Shown here one piece after another: positions 58,228 through 64,000 of a DNA stretch of 64,000 nucleotides (positions within the stretch are counted from its first letter, which is position 1; each line of letters begins with the position of its first letter). Origin of the DNA: Candidatus Woesearchaeota archaeon. GTDB taxonomy: Archaea; Nanobdellota; Nanobdellia; Woesearchaeales; 0-14-0-80-44-23. The translations under genes and the position numbers were made by a program. The stretch is from positions 224,001-288,000 of the forward strand of contig JAVZCZ010000001.1 in assembly GCA_038874135.1 (NCBI GenBank), given 5' to 3'. Under the pieces are notes generated by a model that made no database searches, was not told the origin of the DNA, and was given only the letters and a program-made list of their open reading frames with translations.

Positions 58228-60024
58228 ATGAAAAGCCAATTTAAAAATCCTGAGGAAATGCGGAAGTTTAAAAAACGAATGAAACAAGTTGCTCAAAAAT
58301 ATATTAGAAAATTGAAAAAGAACCGCCATATAATAGGCATTGCATTTGATGGATCTATAGTACATGGAAGAGTAACAAAGAATTCAGACATCGATATCTA
58401 TTGTTTTTATGAGCCCGCCTATTTTAAAAAGGAGATAGAAGGAAAAAAAGAATTTTACGATATAATAGACAAGTCTGGATTTATAGTTCAAATAAATAAT
58501 ATTTCAATAGAATTGTCTGACAAGAATATTTTTCATCAGTTGTTAAACAATTCACATGAAGAGTGGGTAAGGTACAAGAATCATTGTAGAATGCTATTGC
58601 CAGTTTATGATCCCCTAGGAAAAATTGCTGCCTTTAAAAGAAGAATGTCAAAAATTTACGATGAAGAATTGGCTTATATTCTTCCGATATATTTAAAGGA
58701 AATTGCGCTTACCAGTTCAGCAATACGAAAGTTTTCATTAATCCCGTTAAAAAAAAATGATGAGTTAATAAAAAATATATTTGCTTTAAGATGTGTATAT
58801 GCGTCTCTCTATGCTACTTACCTTGCGAATAGGAAATTGCCCCCATATCAGAATCCTCTTTTTAAATTTGAGATTTCCTCACTTAAAAACAAGCCCCTCT
58901 CTCTTTGCAGCCTATTAGAAAAAGGATCAAAGGATTATACGGGTATCGCTTTAAAAATTGCAGATGAAACATTAGGAATGTTTATCCCAATTGCCCAAGA
59001 TCTTTGTAGAAAAGTTGGAGTAAAATTGTATAATAATGAAGATTATTTAAAGATAGATGCTTATGCAATTTCTCAGTATGTCAAAGAAGAGTTCTTACAC
59101 GCTATAGAAGCAGATTTGGGAATTTTAAAAAGAAGGGAACTATTAAAAAAGAAATGCTTATATGACTACTATGCTTTTGCGTTAAGAAAAAATATTTATG
59201 ACGAAATGGCAAGAACAAAAGATCAGGCTAAGATTGAAAAAAAGATTGAAGAACTTATTAAAATTCTTAGGATCGGTTTAAAAAATAATTTTGATAATAA
59301 AGATATTTTAAAAGGCGAACTTGCAGATGTTCTTAACAAAAAAGCAGCACTTCCTTTTCTAAACATAAGAGAAAGAATAAAAGCAGAAGAAGAGGCAAGA
59401 GAGATAAGAAATACTATAAAAAATTATAATACAGACCCGAATTTGATCAGGAAGAAAATTGAAGAATATGAATTATTAATGCGGGAATTAAAACTAAAAA
59501 CAAACGACAAACTTACTATCACAAAAATAAAAAATTACATTAGAATTCTAAAAGAGGACCTGAGGAAAAACAAAAATAGAGAGGCATTAACAAAAAAATT
59601 AGGGATTATAAAAATAAGAAATGTGAAATTCTTGAATAAAAAAATGTATCCATCTCATATTTTCAGATCGGGAGATCAGATGATAATTAAAATAGATTAT
59701 CATGCACTTAGAAAAGTAGAAAATCCTGTTTTCGGCATCGCTTTTTATAGTGAAGATGGCGTACACATCGCGGGCCCGAACACTAGATTTAGTGGTCTAA
59801 AGATAAAGTATGTAAAAGGAAAAGGCAGTGTATTTTTCAAAATTAATAAACTGCCATTGTTGGAAGGAAAATATTTTGTTACAGTAGCAGTCCACCCATA
59901 TAAGTCGTTTGAACCTTATGATGTACATATAAAGCGGTATAGCTTTAAAGTTGTAGATTCTCCGCCTGAGCCGGGATTCTTACATCTTGATTCGGAATGG
60001 ATAATAAGTAAGCAAAAGCAGTAA
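58228..60024 (+). CDS. Nucleotidyltransferase (pol-beta superfamily) fused to Wzt-type carbohydrate-binding domain
   Basis: GSIVHGRVTKNSDID near the N-terminus; helical middle; C-terminal PVFGIAFYSEDGVHIAGPNT...LPLLEGKY. Confidence 0.78.
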   Translation: MKSQFKNPEEMRKFKKRMKQVAQKYIRKLKKNRHIIGIAFDGSIVHGRVTKNSDIDIYCFYEPAYFKKEIEGKKEFYDIIDKSGFIVQINNISIELSDKNIFHQLLNNSHEEWVRYKNHCRMLLPVYDPLGKIAAFKRRMSKIYDEELAYILPIYLKEIALTSSAIRKFSLIPLKKNDELIKNIFALRCVYASLYATYLANRKLPPYQNPLFKFEISSLKNKPLSLCSLLEKGSKDYTGIALKIADETLGMFIPIAQDLCRKVGVKLYNNEDYLKIDAYAISQYVKEEFLHAIEADLGILKRRELLKKKCLYDYYAFALRKNIYDEMARTKDQAKIEKKIEELIKILRIGLKNNFDNKDILKGELADVLNKKAALPFLNIRERIKAEEEAREIRNTIKNYNTDPNLIRKKIEEYELLMRELKLKTNDKLTITKIKNYIRILKEDLRKNKNREALTKKLGIIKIRNVKFLNKKMYPSHIFRSGDQMIIKIDYHALRKVENPVFGIAFYSEDGVHIAGPNTRFSGLKIKYVKGKGSVFFKINKLPLLEGKYFVTVAVHPYKSFEPYDVHIKRYSFKVVDSPPEPGFLHLDSEWIISKQKQ

Positions 60025-60027
60025 TGG

Positions 60028-61224
60028 TCATGTCAGCTTTTTAAAAAAAAGTAGCGGAGCCATAAGCTTGTGAATGTGAGCGTTCATTTCAATGTTATCG
60101 CATTCTTTTTTACATCCTGAACGGGCATGTGGATCATTTCCAATGTATTTAAAGAAATTTCCTTCTTTTTTATATTTAAATGTTTTTTTTCTAAAAAAGT
60201 TTTGCTTTTCTCCATACCATATGTCTTTAAAATTCTCTTTAAAAATATTTCCTGAAGGAATTCTATGAGCTTTTAAACAGGGTATAACATTACCATTAGC
60301 CATTATTCTGGCAAAAGTCCAGCCTGCGTAACAAGGCATTGAATCTACCACGATATTATCATAACTGGTATATTTTATCATGTTTTGCAAACGAATTTTT
60401 AACAGTTCAATATTTTTAACTTTTGTTTTGCTTTGATAAGTTGTTTCCAATTGATTAGTTAATAAGTCTAACTCTGAAATTTCTTTTAAAAGAACTTTAG
60501 CTTGTTTTTTGCTAATCTGCAAAAAAGAAGTTTTTTTAGGTATAATATCTACAGGAGTAAAATCAACTGAATCGGCACCAACTTCAAAAGCAAATTTTAT
60601 CATTTCATTAAATTCATGAGCATTAACATTCATAAGAACATTATGTATATTTACAAAAGGCTTACTAACATGGTTTACTTTTTTTATTTCATTTAAAAAT
60701 TTAAGATTTTCTTTTAACTTAAAAAAAGTATTAGGTTCACTACCCAAGTGAGTTTTGTTATAAGTTTCAGCAGTAGCTGCCCATATACTAATATTCATTT
60801 CGTCAACACCAAGTCCGACCAGTTCTCTTAACATTTTCTTACTTAAGAGAGTAAAATTAGTGCTCATTGCACATCTCATTCCATACTTTTTTATTAGTTT
60901 TATAACTTGCATGCTATTAGAATGCATAAATGGCTCTCCACCACCTGTCAGATATACTTCTCTGACGCCCAACTCATTAAATTCTTTAACAAGCTCTTCT
61001 ATTTTTTTAAAAGGTATCTCTTGTTTAATTTCCTCAGGAGACATTGCTAAATCTTTTAAAAAGGGGGAGCGACACCAGCAGGCAATACATCGGTTATTAC
61101 ATTTATTAGTCAAGTCAATTTGCACAATAAGAGGGCCTGTGATTGATCTGCCTGCTAGAACACCTAATCCGATAAGAAAGTAATGTTTTAAACTTTTTAT
61201 TTTTCTTACAAGTTCCAATTTCAC
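60028..61224 (-). CDS. Radical SAM protein with SPASM/Twitch domain (paralog 3)
   Basis: CNNRCIAC, GGGEPF, PCYAGW..RIMANGNVIPC, CKKEC. Confidence 0.9.
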   Translation of the reverse strand: MKLELVRKIKSLKHYFLIGLGVLAGRSITGPLIVQIDLTNKCNNRCIACWCRSPFLKDLAMSPEEIKQEIPFKKIEELVKEFNELGVREVYLTGGGEPFMHSNSMQVIKLIKKYGMRCAMSTNFTLLSKKMLRELVGLGVDEMNISIWAATAETYNKTHLGSEPNTFFKLKENLKFLNEIKKVNHVSKPFVNIHNVLMNVNAHEFNEMIKFAFEVGADSVDFTPVDIIPKKTSFLQISKKQAKVLLKEISELDLLTNQLETTYQSKTKVKNIELLKIRLQNMIKYTSYDNIVVDSMPCYAGWTFARIMANGNVIPCLKAHRIPSGNIFKENFKDIWYGEKQNFFRKKTFKYKKEGNFFKYIGNDPHARSGCKKECDNIEMNAHIHKLMAPLLFFKKLT

Positions 61225-61237
61225 ACCTTTCTAATTT

Positions 61238-62488
61238 TTAGATTATTTTTTTCATAATCTTATCAAATAAATTAAGAGAATTAAGCATGTCTTCGGTATC
61301 TTGATTTAATGCAATGTTATCACATGTTTTAAAACAATTTGTTGTTAGGAAGAAAGAATCTTTTGTTTTATCATTTTTGTATCGACGTCTTATGTCAGCA
61401 AGTTTAGCATTATTCCATATCTCTTTAAAGCTCTGTTTGTAAATATTGCCCAAAACTTCATCAGATTTAAGACAAAAGTTAACATCACCATTAGCAAGTA
61501 TTCTGCTATATGTCCATCCTGCATAACAAGGAATATTGTTAATTACCTCGCACTCATATTCACCCTTTCCTGCATTTTTGCTTAACATTCTGGTTATAAA
61601 TCTATCATAATCAAGTATAAAAAGGTTAGATTTTGAAAGATTGGTTTCATCTTCATCAATTATCTGCTTTGCTTTTTTTATTTTTTGTATTACTTCTTTT
61701 CTTTGTTTTTCGTTTAATATGAGAAATTCTGTTTTGCCAGAGATTGGATCAACTGGAACAAACTGCACTGAATCAGCTTCTACTTCTAGTCCAAGTCGGG
61801 CCATGTCTTCTATTTCAGTATAGTTCCAGCTCGTTATTACATTGTAAAGATTTACGTGTGGCGTATGCCGAATTCTCTTAATACTAGCTAAGTATTTTAA
61901 ATTATCTTTGATTTGAAGAAAAGTTGAAACATTTTTATTAGGATGCATCTTTACATACATTTCAGGTGATGCGGCCCAAAGACTTACGTTGATTTGATCA
62001 AAATTAATGGATACAAGTTCGTCTATCATTTCTTTATTTAATAGAGTAAAGTTGGTATTTATGTCACATTCAAAACCAAGTTTTTTTGCATATTTCAGAA
62101 TTTGCATTATTTCAGGATGAAGAAAAGGTTCTCCTCCCCCACCAAAATATAATTTACGGGTTCCTAATGAGTGCAATTCACGCATAACCTTTTTTATTAT
62201 ATCAAAAGATAATTCTTGTTTTTTCCATTCGCGCAAATCTTTTGAATCTTCTAAATAGGGTGAACCAACCCAGCAGGCGATGCAATTATTATTACACTTA
62301 TTAGTTATGTTAATTTGCACTAGTGTTGGACCGGTGAATGTTTTATAGACTGAATCTATCCCTTTTGCAATTCTAAGATTATGAAAGTAATATTTTAAAC
62401 CTCTTATAATGTCACTTCTTTTATATTCTAAGTAATCTAAGTGTGTGCGAAAGTGTACAGGAAGTTTTTTTCTTCGCCTTATTAGCAT
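61238..62488 (-). CDS. Radical SAM protein with SPASM/Twitch domain (paralog 2)
   Basis: CNNNCIAC, GGGEPF, PCYAGW..RILANGDVNFC, CFKTC. Confidence 0.9.
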   Translation of the reverse strand: MLIRRRKKLPVHFRTHLDYLEYKRSDIIRGLKYYFHNLRIAKGIDSVYKTFTGPTLVQINITNKCNNNCIACWVGSPYLEDSKDLREWKKQELSFDIIKKVMRELHSLGTRKLYFGGGGEPFLHPEIMQILKYAKKLGFECDINTNFTLLNKEMIDELVSINFDQINVSLWAASPEMYVKMHPNKNVSTFLQIKDNLKYLASIKRIRHTPHVNLYNVITSWNYTEIEDMARLGLEVEADSVQFVPVDPISGKTEFLILNEKQRKEVIQKIKKAKQIIDEDETNLSKSNLFILDYDRFITRMLSKNAGKGEYECEVINNIPCYAGWTYSRILANGDVNFCLKSDEVLGNIYKQSFKEIWNNAKLADIRRRYKNDKTKDSFFLTTNCFKTCDNIALNQDTEDMLNSLNLFDKIMKKII

Positions 62489-62498
62489 AGTTTTCGCC

Positions 62499-63749
62499 TT
62501 ATTGAGTATTATTTTTAGTAAATTTTTTCCTCAGCTTTAGATATAATGCGGCACTTTTAAGTAAAAACCTTTGAGATTTAGTTAGTGACTTAACACGCTG
62601 ATGCATAGGTTCGTTCTGCCAGAGATTGTCACAAGTTTTTATACACTGAAATGGTACAAAGTAAGGATCTGTGAGTGGAAGGTGTGTTCCTTTATATCGG
62701 AATTCTTTTTGTAATTTATCTTCCCAGATTTGTTTGAATCTTTTTGAATATACATTACCCATGGGTTTTAAATAACCCTTGCAGCACGGCACTACATTTC
62801 CATTTGCCATAACTCTGGAAAACATCCATCCTGCATAACAAGGAATATGCTTTATAACAGATTCATCGTATATTCCTTTATCTGCTTTTTCACTTTTTAT
62901 TCTGCGTTCAAATTCTTCAAGAGCGACAACTTGTAGGGGATACTCTCTTTTTGGACTAGAAATTGTCTGAGTAGCAGGGTCTATTCTTTTTTTAAGCTCT
63001 TCTATTTCTTTGAGTAAGAAATTTCTCTCCTCATCTTTTAAAAGAAGAACGTCAGTTCTACCTTCTACAGGATCCATTGCTACGAACTGAACAGCTTCAC
63101 TTCCAGTTTCAAAAGCTAGTTCAACCATCTCATTAATTTCGTGGTAATTCTTATCAAATATTACGTTATAAAGTTTTATTGTTGGCTTTACCTTTCCAGT
63201 CTCTTTTTTATAATTATTAATAAATTTAAGAACTTTTACTATACGAGAAAAAGTTTCACCAGTTTGATTGGCATGTGTAGCTGCGTAAGTTTGAGGCGTG
63301 GCTGCCCACACACTTACAGTCATAAGGTCAACATTCCAATCTACTAATTTTCTAGCAATTTCTTCTGTTACTAAAGTAAAATTTGTATTAATGTCAAGTG
63401 CAAATCCTTTTTTTGTAGCATATTCTATGAGCTCCAAGGCATTTGGATGCATGAATGGTTCTCCACCGCCAACATATTTGAGCTGTCTAGTTCCCATAGA
63501 GTAGGCATCATCTAGAATTCCTTTAACAATTTCTGTAGGTAAAGTTTTTACTTGCTCTTCAGGAGTCATAAATTTATCTCTAAGCAGTGGAGAACGACAC
63601 CAGCACGCCAAACATTGATTGTTGCACATATTAGTTAAATCTATATGCAACATCTCTGGACCTTTGAATGCTTCTTTTCCATCTAACACTCCAACTAAGT
63701 CTAAATTATTTCTTATAAAGTTAGATAGTTTACTTATACTAACTTTCAT
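62499..63749 (-). CDS. Radical SAM protein with SPASM/Twitch domain (paralog 1)
   Basis: CNNQCLAC, GGGEPF, PCYAGW..RVMANGNVVPCC, CIKTC. Confidence 0.9.
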   Translation of the reverse strand: MKVSISKLSNFIRNNLDLVGVLDGKEAFKGPEMLHIDLTNMCNNQCLACWCRSPLLRDKFMTPEEQVKTLPTEIVKGILDDAYSMGTRQLKYVGGGEPFMHPNALELIEYATKKGFALDINTNFTLVTEEIARKLVDWNVDLMTVSVWAATPQTYAATHANQTGETFSRIVKVLKFINNYKKETGKVKPTIKLYNVIFDKNYHEINEMVELAFETGSEAVQFVAMDPVEGRTDVLLLKDEERNFLLKEIEELKKRIDPATQTISSPKREYPLQVVALEEFERRIKSEKADKGIYDESVIKHIPCYAGWMFSRVMANGNVVPCCKGYLKPMGNVYSKRFKQIWEDKLQKEFRYKGTHLPLTDPYFVPFQCIKTCDNLWQNEPMHQRVKSLTKSQRFLLKSAALYLKLRKKFTKNNTQ

Positions 63750-64000
63750 ATTTTTACCTCTCGTTTTAATTCGTGTTGATGAATTACAACATCTCTAGGT
63801 ATATTCGTAGTGTATACTACTAGATTAAGCTCTTTTAATATTTCTAATAATTCTTTCCCTCTTCTCATTCGGGTTTCATAGTTATCTCCATTTTTTGTAT
63901 ACCATGTTGCTGCTCTTTGGTCTTCATCTCCTTTAAAAAGTAGTCCATATTTTTCCTGATTTATATCCAGTTCAGAGTTTAGGTTTATACAAAGTGTATT
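63746..64000 (-). CDS. C-terminal fragment of a gene running off the window, possibly a B12-binding radical SAM protein
   Basis: Open frame NTLCINLNSELDINQEKYGL...WYTKNGDNYETRMRRGKELL...EVKI*; its TGA overlaps the next ATG (ATGA). Confidence 0.55.
   Translation of the reverse strand, partial: NTLCINLNSELDINQEKYGLLFKGDEDQRAATWYTKNGDNYETRMRRGKELLEILKELNLVVYTTNIPRDVVIHQHELKREVKI

Larger units (their letters stand above)
43164..64000. other. AT-rich cell-surface glycan biosynthesis/modification island (continues beyond window)
   Basis: Abrupt composition shift near 43.1 kb (spot counts: 15/60 GC at line 57001 versus 30/60 at line 23401); gene content is GTs, Wzm/Wzt, sulfate activation and radical SAM enzymes. 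Confidence 0.75.

Noticed and set aside
886-63504. Numerous 60-260 aa ORFs antisense to or nested in real genes (for example 21717-22490, 25274-25810, 34646-35089)
   Set aside because: Shadow frames of well-supported genes, with Ser/Phe/Leu-rich composition and no motifs
1-64000. CRISPR array, rRNA, transposase or integrase
   Set aside because: No regularly spaced repeats, rRNA-like GC-rich block or recombinase motifs seen; no tRNA 3' duplication marking an att site

Overview
Archaeal chromosomal DNA, most consistent with a DPANN (Woesearchaeota/Pacearchaeota-like) genome. This rests on archaeal r-proteins, Rpo4/Rpo7, EF-1a/EF-2, an intron-containing tRNA-Ile(UAU) and DPANN-style class III signal-peptide pilins; the taxonomy is inferred, not searched. 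Positions 1-30 kb are core information-processing genes (L1-L10-L12; PIN-rpoE'-spt4-S24e-S27ae; L21e-rpoF-DUF655; S8e; gltX; L7Ae-S28e-L24e-ndk-EF2-EF1a-S10), six tRNAs (two with introns), a KtrAB/Trk K+ system and an ABC-2 exporter. Three r-protein genes have structured RNA leaders: an L1-site switch, a tandem K-turn before L7Ae, and a 3-way junction before S10. Positions 30.5-42 kb hold a complete Tad-like type IV pilus locus with a VWA adhesin, a prepilin peptidase and an apparently inactive cis-prenyltransferase, followed by two HIT paralogs lacking the catalytic His. From about 43.1 kb to the window end is a much more AT-rich cell-surface glycan island. It encodes CysD/CysN and a TauE transporter, two Thr-nucleophile alkaline-phosphatase-superfamily enzymes, a small YIDPGTG membrane peptide, GT-C/GT4/GT2 enzymes, Wzm, a Wzt with a long coiled-coil insert, a nucleotidyltransferase fused to a Wzt carbohydrate-binding domain, and four complete plus one probable partial radical SAM enzyme. 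This island is the best candidate for an undescribed system (glycan sulfation, capping and export). No rRNA, CRISPR array, transposase or integrase was seen.
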